Shown one piece after another: positions 1-11,720 of a stretch of DNA of 64,000 nucleotides. The stretch covers positions 142,004,186 to 142,068,185 of the forward strand of contig NC_068983.1 in assembly GCF_001194135.2 (NCBI RefSeq). The letters are read 5' to 3'. This stretch comes from Octopus bimaculoides. Its lineage: Eukaryota. The notes under the pieces were generated by a model. That model did no database searches. It was not told where the DNA came from and saw only the letters and a program-made list of their open reading frames with translations. A program made the translations under genes and the position numbers. Within the stretch, counting starts at the first letter, position 1; the number at the start of each line of letters is the position of its first letter.

Positions 1-369
1 CATGTAAAAAACACCATTCGAGTGTGATTGTTGCCTTACCGGCACATGTGCCAGTGACACATGAAAAACAACATTTGAGTGTGATCGTTGCCAGTGCCGC
101 CGGACTGGCTCCTGTGCAGATAGCATATAAAAAACGCCTTTTGAGCATGGTCGTTGCCAGAACTGCCTGACTGGCCCTCATGCCAGCAGCATGTAAAAGC
201 ACCCACTACACTCTTGGAATGGTTGGTGTTAGGAAGGGCATCCAGCTGTGGAAACTTTGCCAGATCAGATTGAGCCTGGTGCAGCCTTCTGGCTCACCAG
301 TCCTCAGTCAAACTGTCCAACCCATGCCAGCATGGAAAGCGGATGTTAAACGACAATGATGACGATGAC
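1..369 (+). mobile_element. RTE LINE 3' end (family A)
   Basis: Same 3' UTR as the 8637-9208 copy: tandem units, CACCCACTACACTCT...AGGAAGGGCATCCAGCTG, CCATGC-CA-GCATGG hairpin, GAT-like tail. Confidence 0.85.
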
Positions 370-3300
370 ATTTGTTGTGTTTGCTGCAATGCTTGAAATA
401 ATATTGGCTACAGAGCAGATGTTGTTTTCTATTGATCATATGATGTAGTGGTTTGTTTCTGGTATTGTCATTTATTGCTCATCCCTAGCCAAGCTGTAGA
501 GTCATATATTTCTTATAGTGATTGAAACACACAAAAATACATATCCAATATGAATCATGAGATTACTGTTTAGAGAAGAAGTTATCCTCAGACTGGTGAT
601 CTAACCTGAATACTCACAGCAAAAACTCTGCTAAAAGCACCAAGAGACCAGGTGATAGTGTTAAGCATAAAAAAACAGGAGCAGTCTCTCTTATGGTCTT
701 TCATGTCTTTCCATTTACTGAATTTCCTTTGCAAGACTTTGTTTTACCTCAAGCTGTGGGAGCAGGCATGTCTGATAAATACTTTATCAATTGTGAGATG
801 GGAGATGCTATGCACTGGAATTGAACTTGAAACCATGTAGTTGTGAAGGGAATATTTTAACCTTACAGTTATGCCTGCTCCCCTAATTCTAATCTCAGAA
901 TCAATAAAGTGTATACCAGACATATACTAAGGTAAATTGGTCCCATAGTAGTGTGAGAAATGGTTATTAGTGAAACGTCAGGATTGATAGAATGAGGGAT
1001 GAAATATCTTGTACTCTTTAGCTATGTTACTTTATGTTTTGAATTGAAACTTGCTTGGCTTGATTTTGCCTTTCATCCTTTTGGAGTTGGTAAAAGAGCA
1101 GCCACGTAATTGTGGGTTGATTAAATTGATAACTCTTCAATATGTATTCTTGTAGAAAAACAGAGATCACTATCATTCTTTATTTTTCAAGTTGGGTTGG
1201 CTTTTATCCCTCTGGGATCATTAAAATAAGTACTTGGAGTCAACTGAAACTATTATTCTTATTCTTCATTATGCTTCACATATTGGTGGCATTGTGCCAA
1301 CTGTTTAAGAAACAACAATTATATTTTGAAGTTTTGCGAATGGATCTTCTTGAAGTTGACTCTACTCTCTACCCCTCGATGAAAGTCAATTGAATGACTA
1401 CTAGTGATATAATACATTAGAACCAAAAATAAAGTTTATGTAATGTTGATAAGTTTTACTTGTGTTTTTAATAAGTTGATAAGTTTTGTGTTTTACTTGT
1501 GTTAAAATTTTCTCTCCTCGCAATAATTCAACCGTAGCAACATTCCCCAAATTCTCTTTTGCATTATTTGTCAAAACAGACCCTTGCCAGATTACTCAGA
1601 TTGCATACTTTACTCTACAGGAGACTTGCTTGTTTGTTTATTTATCTTATGCCTGCTTTCCTATGTTAGCATGACTTGGACTGGTACTTATTCCAAGGTA
1701 GTATTTTCACAATCAGATGCTTTTCCTATTGCCAACTCTTTTCTGTTTTCCAAGTGAGTTTTTATTCCACCACTTTGATAATGAAGCTACAAGATGTAAT
1801 GTTCACTGGAAATGTAAACATGCCTACTGCTTTGTTTTCCTTCACAGTCTTATGTGAGACATGGAAATGCTAATTGTCATGCACACACTCACATGTACAT
1901 GCACGTGTGCATGTACATATATGTAGTATATGTATATATTAGTGTTACTCATCATCTGATGGGCTAACTTTGGAAGTATATTTATCTACAATGGATAATA
2001 ACAAGAAATATGGTATAAACAAAAATATTTATTAGTCATTGGCTCCCTCTTCCTCCTTTATCTCTATGATTCTTTCTTACTGTATATGTGTATAGCATTC
2101 CTTTACTCATTGCCTACCACTAAGCCTAGTGTGTGCACCCCTCCTACTTGTTATGTTAACTCTGTATCTCTCTTTTACTTTTCTCTCCTCTCTCTATATC
2201 ATGTAAAGCTTGACTTGAGAAATCAAATAGCCCACATTTTATATTGGTTATTAAATATACACACACACACACACACACACAATGGGTCTCCATGTAACTC
2301 ACAAGGTATTGGTCAACCTGAGGAAAATACTTGTCAAAGGAGTTGCACAGTAGGCCTGAATCTAAGGCCATGTGGTTGGAAAACAAACTTGTTAACCACA
2401 CAGCCATGCTTGCACCTATAAATCTTTATCCTTCCCTACAGACAGAAATTTTGTGCCTGCCTTGCCAGAAGTATCATCATATCTCTCCAGATGGCTATTG
2501 TTGGAATTATTTTGTAATGTTTAGACACTGGTGGAAGTTGTCTGATGCTATTGTTGTTTGCCCTCAGTGTATCTTGGACTACAGTCTTTCATGTGTCCTT
2601 TTTTGTAAAAAAAAAAAAAAAAAGAAAAGAAGTCTGACTTTGTTTCTGAAGTGTAACTTTGTTTCTGTTTCTGTTGTGTTGAGCAACCATGTACAGCAGG
2701 CATAAACAACCTCTTTCGAGAAGCAGGCTACATGAGTAATGGTTGATTATCAGGCATGCTTATAATATAATTTTCATTGGTGTGCCATTTAGAAAGTAAC
2801 GCTTGACTGATGTAGAGATTCCCTTTTAAACTCAAGCTTCATATTCTTTTCTACTCTAGGCACAAGGCCCGAAATTTTGGGGGATGGGGCTAGTCGATTA
2901 GATCGACCCCAGTACGCAACTGGTACTTAATTTATCGACCCCAAAAGGAGGAAAGGCAAAGCTGACCTCGGCGAAATTTGGCTCAAGTTTCATATTGTTT
3001 AAGCCTAGGTCAATATTGATCGTCAGATCTAAGATTATAGATGACCATCCTGTCAAAACCGTGTCTAGGATGACATTATTATCCTATGTTACCTTTCCTT
3101 TTCCAAAATATGTTGTGATTTGAGGAAGATTTGGCTATGTCCGAATGGAGGGTGATTGTACAAATTGTGCTCACCAAGGTCAACTTAATGTTGCAAACTC
3201 CTTGATTTGATTATATAAGTGATTGCATTTAAACGTCTACGCTTACGTGATTTCATTATGGCAGCTGCAATTTAAACCGTGTTGAAACAGTGTGGTTTAG

Positions 3301-5596
3301 AGCACGACATTGTATTGAACTTAAAAATAAGGATTCCTTATTTATTTATCATCCTGTCCGCCATCCTTCCTCTCTTACTCTCTTTTCAACAATGACAAGT
3401 GATTAAGTGTGCCTGGAAAGCAAATAAAATTGAACAGAACAAAGACATTGCAGATGAATGGCATCGACCATATCCACTATTAACATTTCAGCGCGTGTAT
3501 CTGTTGTCTCTTGCCTTTGCTAGAAATGGCAACCAAACTCTCAATCACATTGCACCGTTTTGTCTTATCAAAGAACATATCGAATAATGTAATCTGAAGT
3601 GCACGTTATATAAGAGTAAAAGATGGCATAGTCATGGCTGGAATGCAACTGATCATAGATCTGCTCTATTAAGACGAACTAAGGGTTAAAAAAGCAACAA
3701 AAATAAGCGGTGTATAAATAGACATTTAATAAAACTGGAATATGGCTGAAAAAAAAACAAGCAAAAAAAAAAAGCAGAATTAAAAACAAAAACACCTTAT
3801 GGTAGAAGAATTTAGAAAATGAATCTAGCTGAAAGTTTCAGTTTTAAATTGAAAGTAAATAGAAGTTTACTTTATAAAAGAATTTAAAAGCAGCAACGAC
3901 TCCAACGAAATCTCACCATTTTCAAAGAATAACTACACCAACGATATTTATTCAGAACCTATCACAGTTCTTTCTTCTCTCTTTCCTCTCTAGTGGCCTT
4001 TCTTTGAGAAACATTCAGAAATCTATCTCTAATGCCATTATCGGCATTTAACAAAAGAAAAGAATTTAACTCCCTCCCTCCCATTTCCACACTCTCTCTC
4101 TCCTCTCCCTCCCTCCCTCTCACCGCCTCTCATACCAACATTTCTTAATCTTGCTGCCTTCTTCTCATTTTCTGCTTCTGTCATTCCTCTTCCCCTTACT
4201 GTCTGGTTCTTTGTGTATATGTTATTTTTATCTCTTTGCCGTGCTTACTTCTCTTCTTAGCACTCTTTCTTATGTTTAGAACAAATGTGTTATGAGGCAT
4301 GCTTTCGTTATATATTTATTGCTCAAATCCTTAATTTTCTCAATTCAATTCATCATTGGTTCAGTTCTTTAGTACAATTAACAAATTTCATAAGTAATCG
4401 TATTTTTTCATCCATTTTTTTTTCTCTCTACAGCCTGCACACAATATAAAATTTTATGGATGAGTTCACGCATGCATGCACGCACACACAAACGCATACA
4501 TGAATGATCACACACAATGCATTTTTAAGAGAGCTCCCCTATTTTACTGATGTGTAATTCCTTACCTTCTGAACCTCTTTCCTCTCCCTTATATGTACCT
4601 ATTGGCACTAGTTCATCTTTCTACATAGTTATCTTATTTCTCATTATCATCACCCTCTCTTATTTATTTATTTGTGAAAGATTTATTTGCCTGTGAAAGT
4701 CTGCCCAGTTTGCCAGAAATCATCTCCCAATCCCTCAAAAGCTACTCCCTTCACACTCCCACCTCCGGCACATACTTTGTCACTACTCCCATCTCTATAC
4801 TTTATAAGCACCAACAAAAGGAGAAAATTATTATTTTTTTTATCTTTTTAAAAGCTATTGTCTGTATGTTTCTGTCTGTGCTATTTATTGACAATAACCA
4901 ATCAAAACGTACACAACACTGTAAGCTACACACAAAGCAAAGGGCTGCTGTAGTTAAAAGTATTGTTGTTATGTGACTCAGAAATCAAATGTCGGTTTGC
5001 ATTTGTAATAAAGCATTGCAAGGTACAGAATTTGCTCCAGTTTGCATGCAACTCCCAGCTCTGTCTAGAAACTAGTTATCTAATATAGGTTTTAAGATTA
5101 TAAGAATTGGTATTAGGAAGAGCTCTTTTAATGTGAAACACCTGCACCAAAGTAAAGCTAGAGAAAAAAAAATTATCTGCGTTATTAATTCTTTTCTTAA
5201 CTAGTAGAAGTGTGAAAATATTGAAACAGCAATACAATGTGATGTAATTCTTGGATATGTTGAAAACGTGTGCATGTATACTGTCTGTATATGTATGTGT
5301 ACATATATATATATACACACACATACAGAGTATCAATTAGAAAGAGACAAGTTTTAGGGTCGATAATACTTCTCATCAAAGCCAACATATATCTAAGCAC
5401 AGAGAGTATATATAAGCCATTATAGATATGTGAACATATATATATATACATATTATAGTGTAATTCCATGCCCAAATCAAAGTCAGATGGAGAATTGCTT
5501 AAAGACACAGACAAATCAAAAAGTCTCAAGCTGATGAGATGACAGTTTACAATAATCCAAAACGGAAGTCCTCAAACAAATCCAAAATCCAAAAGA

Positions 5597-5684
5597 ATCT
5601 TACAGCTGTTTCCAGGAATGTGCAAAGAAGTATGTAGGTAAATCCTTTTCATTTCAATAATTCACATTTCCTTCATCAGAGAAT
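5597..5684 (-). ncRNA. Minimal Penelope-type hammerhead motif (mirror copy)
   Basis: On the minus strand: TCT-CTGATGA-AGGAA(A)TGTG...CACATTCCT-G-GAAAC-AGCT-GTA-AGA. Confidence 0.6.
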
Positions 5685-6063
5685 ACACATGGATTCAGAA
5701 TTTTAAATAAGGTCTTAAAATTATTCATGATATTGTAAGAATATATTTAAGCTGTTGCAATTATATACAAGTATAACATTTTCATAAATTCCAAGATTCC
5801 AGGTCATTGGACAAACATTCATAGTGTACAACTACTAAGAAAATTACAGAAAAATTACAAAATTTATACATTTAGCAAGTCCATGAAATATGCACAAATG
5901 AGTTCAAAATTTGGTGGGGTAAGATAAATTAAAGTGTATAGATTAAATAATTATTATACTGAGAAGAATTGAAAAGTAGAAAAGTACTTTTGTCAGTTTA
6001 AAAATATTCTTACAATATCATGAATAATTTTATGATTTTATTTAAAATTCTGAATCCATGCAT

Positions 6064-6152
6064 ATTCTCTGATGATGGAAATGTGCATTACTGAAGCTGA
6101 AAAGGATTTACCTACACACTTCTTCGCACATTCCTGGAAACGGCCGTAAGAT
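6064..6152 (+). ncRNA. Minimal Penelope-type hammerhead motif
   Basis: CTGATGA 6069-6075, stem II GGAA(A)TGTGC/GCACATTCC, GAAAC 6137-6141, palindromic loop GGCC, GTA 6146-6148, 3 bp stem I TCT/AGA. There is one extra G before GAAA. Confidence 0.6.
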
Positions 6153-6329
6153 TCTTTTGTATTTTGGATTTATTTGAGGACTTTCCGTTTAGATTATTGT
6201 GAACTGTCATCTCATCAGCTTGAGACTTTTTGATTTGTCTATGTATTTATGCAATTCTTCATCCGACTTTATATAGATGTAGGTATGTACATATATGTAT
6301 GGATATATGCATATATCTATATATTTATA

Positions 6330-6336
6330 TTATTAT

Positions 6337-6414
<78 letters not shown>
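6330..6414. repeat. Compound (TTA)n(TA)n(TG)n microsatellite
   Basis: Read directly. Confidence 0.97.
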
Positions 6415-6444
6415 AAATGTGTGATGTATGTAGAAATGTCTGTA

Positions 6445-6950
6445 TGTGGCTGCATGGTTAAGGAGTTTGCTTCCAAATTACATGGCTTCAGGCTTAGTTC
6501 CACTGTGTAGCACCTTGTCAAGGTGTTAGTGTTAAGTGTTGGGATGATTTAATCAACCAACTCCGTCCTTCTTGTACCTATTGTCGTTGTCATTGTTTAA
6601 CGTCCGCTTTCCATGCTGGCATGGATTGGACTGTTTGACTGAGGGCTTGGGCAACCAAAATGGTGTGAGTGGATTTGGTAAACAGAAACTGAAAGAAACC
6701 AGTTGTGCACATGTGTGTGTGTATGTATTTGTGTCTTCTTGTTTTGACTTGATACTTATAAATGAATGTCATAGTCGTACAAGCAATGTCATTCATTTCC
6801 ATTATTCTGCAAAAAACATGTCATCCATAGGGAAATATTCCCTTCCTTGGAAACAGGTAAAGGTTGGCAACAGGAAGGCTGTCTAGCCATAGAAAATCTG
6901 CCTCCTCTGTTTGATCCATGCAACCATGGCAAACTAGACATTAAAACAAT
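6445..6950 (+). mobile_element. SINE with a family C head and an RTE-like 3' tail (family F). Other copies at ~690-870(-), 11790-12072(+), 46760-47040(+), 54130-54425(+)
   Basis: Shared body TGGAAACAGGTGAGGGTTGGC..CAGGAAGG.CATC.AGC.GTAGAAAA and tail CCATG-hairpin...TTAAAA.GATGATGAT, homologous to the family A end. Confidence 0.7.
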
Positions 6951-7490
6951 ATGTATGTATGTGTGTATGTCATGTTGATAGTAATGCTAACTGATGCCAT
7001 TTTTCAAAACTTCAGTGAATGTGAAATGGAACTACATAAGACTTTTATGTGAACTAAGATTAATGATTACAAGTAACAGTCTGAAGTTGATTGCCATCGG
7101 CTTGGATTCAGTTTAGAAATATAAACAAACATGTTTGCTGTTTAGTTCTAAACCAGCTCTGATTAAACTCTTCTATGATCAAATGTATTCTTGTTATGTA
7201 AGTTTGAAGAAACTATTTTCAAAAAAATCTTTTTATTTTATATCAACAGTTATTGGTATAATTTATTGCTACAAAGTCATGAATCAAAAACATTAGTTAT
7301 ATATTATTGGATCATCCCATAGATAATGCACTTTTTTTCAATTGCATGAACTAAAAGTTGGAGGAGGACAGTATAAACTACCTGCATCAACTTACTATAA
7401 AAGCAGGTTGTAATTTCATCTTGTCCTTATTCTTAGTGCAAGTTTTGAAGAGTGTAGTTCAATTTTAAAAGTTATATTTTCAAAGCTATA

Positions 7491-8619
7491 ATGGAAGTGA
7501 CAAAGGTGTATATTCAGCTTTATGAGTTTAATAAAGGCAACAACATAATGGAAAGTGTGAGGAATATTAATGCAGTATATGGGGATCGGACAATAAGTGT
7601 AAGCCAGTGTCAACAGTGATTCCAGAAATTCCAAGCTGGAAACTACAGCCTAGAAGATGGGCCTCATACTGGAAGATCTGTAGAGCTCGGCAAGGACATC
7701 CTGCAAACCCTGGTGGAACAAAATACCATTGTAACTGTTGAGGAACTAGCAAAGAAACTTGGATTTGGTCATTCAACTATTCATCAGCACCTGCATACCA
7801 TCAGAAAAGTCAGAAAATTGGGTCAATGAGTTGTTCACAAACTTTCTGAGTCTAATCGCATGCAGTAAGTGGATATGTGCTCTTCTTTGCTGTCATGTCT
7901 CACAAATGAACCCTTTTTTTGGGGGTGTNNNNNNNNNNNNNNNNNNNNNNNNNNNNNNNNNNNNNNNNNNNNNNNNNNNNNNNNNNNNNNNNNNNNNNNN
8001 NNNNNNNNNNNNNNNNNNNNNNNNNNNNGGGGGGGGAGACCAAATAGTGACTGGTGATGAGAAATGTGTTCTCTATAAAAATATCAAGCATCAAAGACAG
8101 TGGGTAGGTAAAGGAGACACACTGGCACCTCAAGCTTAAGAAGGTTTTCACCCACATAAAGTGTTGTTGTCTGTTTGGTGGGATATGAAAGGTTTAGTCC
8201 ACTTTGAACTTCTAAATTCAAACCAAATGATAACAAAGCAGATCTACTGTGAGCAGCTTAAGTCAACGCTAGAAAGAAAACGACCATTTTTGGTTTCAAG
8301 ACAAAAGGTGTTCTTCCATCAAAGTAATGCTCAGCCACATAAAATGAGAATGAAATTCCAAAGGCTGGAATAGTTTGAATGGGGACCTATGCTTCACCCA
8401 CTATATTTGCCGGACATTGCTCCATCTGATTATCATTTATTCTGCAATCTTCAAAATCATTTGGACAGAAAAAATATGAATTCTGTAGACAAGGTTAGAA
8501 CAGTACTGGAGAAGTATTTTTCATCACAGACAATTGAATTTTGGAAGAGGGACCTTGCAAGTCTACCAGATAGATGGAAGAGCAATATAAAAAATGAAGG
8601 AGAATATGTTTTAGATTAA
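7491..8619 (+). pseudogene. Mariner transposase pseudogene
   Basis: HTH region (RTISVSQCQQ*FQKFQAGNYSLED), WVPH motif mutated to *VVH, GDEK and YxPDIAPSDYHLF motifs, several stops and frameshifts, 100-N gap. Confidence 0.9.
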
Positions 8620-8636
8620 AAAAGGACTTTATCTTC

Positions 8637-10364
8637 TTCATCATCATCATCATTGTTTAACGTCCGCTTTCCATGCTAGCATAGTTTGGACGATTTGACT
8701 GAGGACTGGTGGACCAGATGGCTACATCAGGCTCCAATCTGATTTGGCAGAGTTTCTACAACTGGATGCCCTTCCTAACGCCAACCACTCTGAGAGTGTA
8801 GTGGGTGCTTTTACATGCCACCGGCATGAAGGCCAATCAGGCGGTACTGGCAACAGCCATGCTCAAAATGGTGTATTTTACGTACCACCTGCAGAGGAGC
8901 CAGTCCAGCGGCACTGGCAACGACCTTGCTCGAATGTCTTTTCACGTGCCACCGGCACAAGTGCCAGTAAGCCGATGCTGGTAATGATCATGCTCAAATG
9001 GTGCTATTTACGTGCTACTGGCATGGAAGCCAGACAGCTGCTCTGGCAACGATCACGCACGGACAGTACTCTTAGCGCTTCACTGGTACAGGTGCCATCA
9101 CGATTTTGCTTTCACTTTCCCCAACAGGTCTTCGCAAGCCAAGTTTAGTGTCCAATGAAGGAGAGGTTGGCATGGGTGCCAGTCATCGAATTTGGTTCGA
9201 TTTCGATTNNNNNNNNNNNNNNNNNNNNNNNNNNNNNNNNNNNNNNNNNNNNNNNNNNNNNNNNNNNNNNNNNNNNNNNNNNNNNNNNNNNNNNNNNNNN
9301 NNNNNNNNNNNNNNNNNNNNNNNNNNNNNNNNNNNNNNNNNNNNNNNNNNNNNNNNNNNNNNNNNNNNNNNNNNNNNNNNNNNNNNNNNNNNNNNNNNNN
9401 NNNNNNNNNNNNNNNNNNNNNNNNNNNNNNNNNNNNNNNNNNNNNNNNNNNNNNNNNNNNNNNNNNNNNNNNNNNNNNNNNNNNNNNNNNNNNNNNNNNN
9501 NNNNNNNNNNNNNNNNNNNNNNNNNNNNNNNNNNNNNNNNNNNNNNNNNNNNNNNNNNNNNNNNNNNNNNNNNNNNNNNNNNNNNNNNNNNNNNNNNNNN
9601 NNNNNNNNNNNNNNNNNNNNNNNNNNNNNNNNNNNNNNNNNNNNNNNNNNNNNNNNNNNNNNNNNNNNNNNNNNNNNNNNNNNNNNNNNNNNNNNNNNNN
9701 NNNNNNNNNNNNNNNNNNNNNNNNNNNNNNNNNNNNNNNNNNNNNNNNNNNNNNNNNNNNNNNNNNNNNNNNNNNNNNNNNNNNNNNNNNNNNNNNNNNN
9801 NNNNNNNNNNNNNNNNNNNNNNNNNNNNNNNNNNNNNNNNNNNNNNNNNNNNCTAGTTAGCCTTCCTTTGATATTGCTGCACTTCTTATGTGTCCAGAGC
9901 TTACACTGGGTAGAGTTTCTGCCTACGCCTTTTCTACAGATCGAACAGGGCCATCTACCTGAAGGGGTTTGTGTTTTGTCTACCTTCCTACTTATTAGGA
10001 CTTTGGTTTTAGCTAGGTTGACTCTAAGGCCCTTCGATTCTAGTCCTTGCTTCTACACCTGAAACTTTTCCTCTAGTTCTGATAGTGACTCAGCAATTAG
10101 CACAAGATCATCAGCATAGAGGAGCTCCCAGGGGCAGCCTGTCTTGAATTCCTGTGTTATTGCCTGGAGGACTATGATAAATAGGAGGGGGCTGAGGACT
10201 TGATGGACCCCTACCTCTACTCGGAATTCTTCACTGTACTCATTGCCAACCCTTACCTCTGTACATGACTCACACAGCTCTCACTATCCATTCTTCTATC
10301 CCTAGTTCCCTCATTGACCACCAGATAAGGGATCGGGGGACCCTATCAAAGGCTTTTTCCATGT
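8637..10364 (-). mobile_element. 5'-truncated RTE-clade LINE (RT fragment, Cys/His finger, 3' UTR, (GAT)n tail) inserted in the mariner
   Basis: Minus-strand translation of 9853-10364: MEKAFDRVPR...GVHQ..VLSPLLF...LLYADDLVL...KTKVL...WPCSICRKGVG...CKLWTHKKC. The 3' UTR and (CAT)n tail lie at 8637-9208, with an N gap between the two parts. Confidence 0.85.
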
Positions 10365-10670
10365 CATTTTGAAAAATAAAAGAAGTATAAAAAACTGCAT
10401 TATTTATGGGATGACCCATTACATATTTCTTATCATCATTATCATCATGGATTTTATTTATTTTGCCATGTCATGTGTTGAAGAAATGAAAAACATATTT
10501 CCATGTGTCATTTCTGCTCAGTCTATTTTTATGCAATTATAACAGATTATGGATTTTAATGATCATTCTTGTTGAGTTGGGTGTTGCCTGTGGTGATATT
10601 AGTGTGAGAGAAGTTGTCTTCCTAAATAGAAGTCTTTTTAAAAAAATTAAAAAAATATTAACTAGAGTGT

Positions 10671-11038
10671 TGTTGGCACTCCGTCACTTACGACGTCGAG
10701 GGTTCCAGTTGATCAGATCAACGGAACAGCCTGCTCGTGGAATTAACGTGCAAGTGGCTGAGCACTCCACAGACACGTGTACCCTTAACGTAGTTCTCGG
10801 GGATATTCAGCATGACACAGTGTGACAAGGCTGACCCTTTGTATTACAGGCACAACAGAAACAGGAAGTAAGAGTGAGAGAAAGTTGTGGTGAAAGAGTA
10901 CAGCAGGGTTCACCACCATCCCCTGCCGGAGCCTCGTGGAGCTTTAGGTGTTTTTGCTCAATAAACACTTACAACGCCCGGTCTGGGAATCGAAACCGCG
11001 AGTCCACTGCCCTAACCACTGGGCCATTGCGCCTCCAC
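10671..11038 (-). mobile_element. tRNA-derived SINE (family D1, (CAA)n tail)
   Basis: Head GTGGAGGCGCAATGGCCCAGTGGTTAGG...GGTTTCGATTCC (A/B boxes). 12 bp TSD TAACTAGAGTGT at 10659-10670 and 11039-11050. Confidence 0.9.
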
Positions 11039-11054
11039 TAACTAGAGTGTGACT

Positions 11055-11720
11055 GGGAGATAACAGTTTACTTAAAGTAACCACACTCAGCTTCCACCAC
11101 AACGTCATGATAGCTCCGGAATCTGATGCATGCATTCCTCACTGTGTCCTTGGGAAGATTTTCGAACACCTCCTTGATCTGGGTCACCAGCTTGACCTTG
11201 GTGTTGCAGGAAGAGCAGTTGGTTTCTTTCTCAGTCTTACACCATACATAGTAATCCCATGGGATTACAATCAGAAGAATTAGGTGGCCAGAGACTGAGG
11301 CTGGTGAAGTTATGGAAATTTTTTGACAACTACTTATGGCATTTTCTGGAGGTATGTCAAGGAGCTGAATCCTGCTACCACACATATGGAAGGATTCGAG
11401 CAGCAATCCTTTCCAGTCAGGGATTGATCAGTCTCTGGCAGCTTCACACAGCCATCTGAATTGAGCCTAAGGTCCTGCTCAAAGATCTGAGGATAAATTC
11501 CAGCATGCAGATGTAGCCAGAATGGCTGCTGTCTCCCTTCTTCATTGTCTCAGTTGCAGCAGTCTATGTATGTGTCATCTTACAGTTTTTACAGTGTTCA
11601 CAGAGCATTGAGCAGCAGTTATGATGTCAGCATTTTGATACACAACATGAATCATCATGTTAGAGGTATCTCTTTTTCAATATTCAGATAGCTTCCACCC
11701 TTCCCTCTCAGTTAATTTTT
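11055..11720 (-). mobile_element. Internally deleted maT-type (DD37D) Tc1/mariner relic
   Basis: Minus-strand translation PYVW*QDSAP*HTSRK...WPPNSSDCNPMDYYVW has 37 positions between the two D residues. C-terminal RNACIRFRS...VVEAECGYF. N-terminal ADIITAAQCSVNTVKTVR lies at ~11.6 kb. Confidence 0.75.

Larger units (their letters stand above)
5509..6240. mobile_element. Inverted pair of ~250 bp repeats (foldback), probably Penelope-like pseudo-LTRs with hammerhead motifs
   Basis: 5509-~5755 is the reverse complement of ~5990-6240, with scattered mismatches. Each arm contains CTGATGA...GAAAC-NNNN-GTA. Confidence 0.75.
7307..10419 (+). mobile_element. Mariner (DD34D) transposon, defective, split by a nested RTE insertion
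   Basis: ~30 bp TIRs TTGG(A/G)TCATCCCATA(G/A)ATAATGCA at 7307 and inverted ending at 10419, both flanked by TA. Broken transposase at 7491-8619 with IVTGDEKCVLY and YLPDIAPSDYHLF. Confidence 0.92.

Noticed and set aside
618-630. Minus-strand micro-exon (TTTTAG-CAG-AGTTTTTGCT|GTGAGT)
   Set aside because: Splice-like signals this short arise by chance, and there is no homology support.
7929-8028. Hidden insertion in the mariner transposase
   Set aside because: The second copy is continuous across this point (TTTTTTGGGGGACCAAAT). The 100-N run is a default-size gap at a G/T homopolymer, so its content cannot be inferred.
9106-10062. Long ORFs in the track (also 31523-32337, 44316-44753, 7759-8157)
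   Set aside because: They are long only because they run through N gaps.
10990-11038. tRNA genes suggested by A/B boxes (also at 17429, 19729, 35850)
   Set aside because: These are SINE heads: no full cloverleaf, and they are embedded in TSD-flanked repeats.
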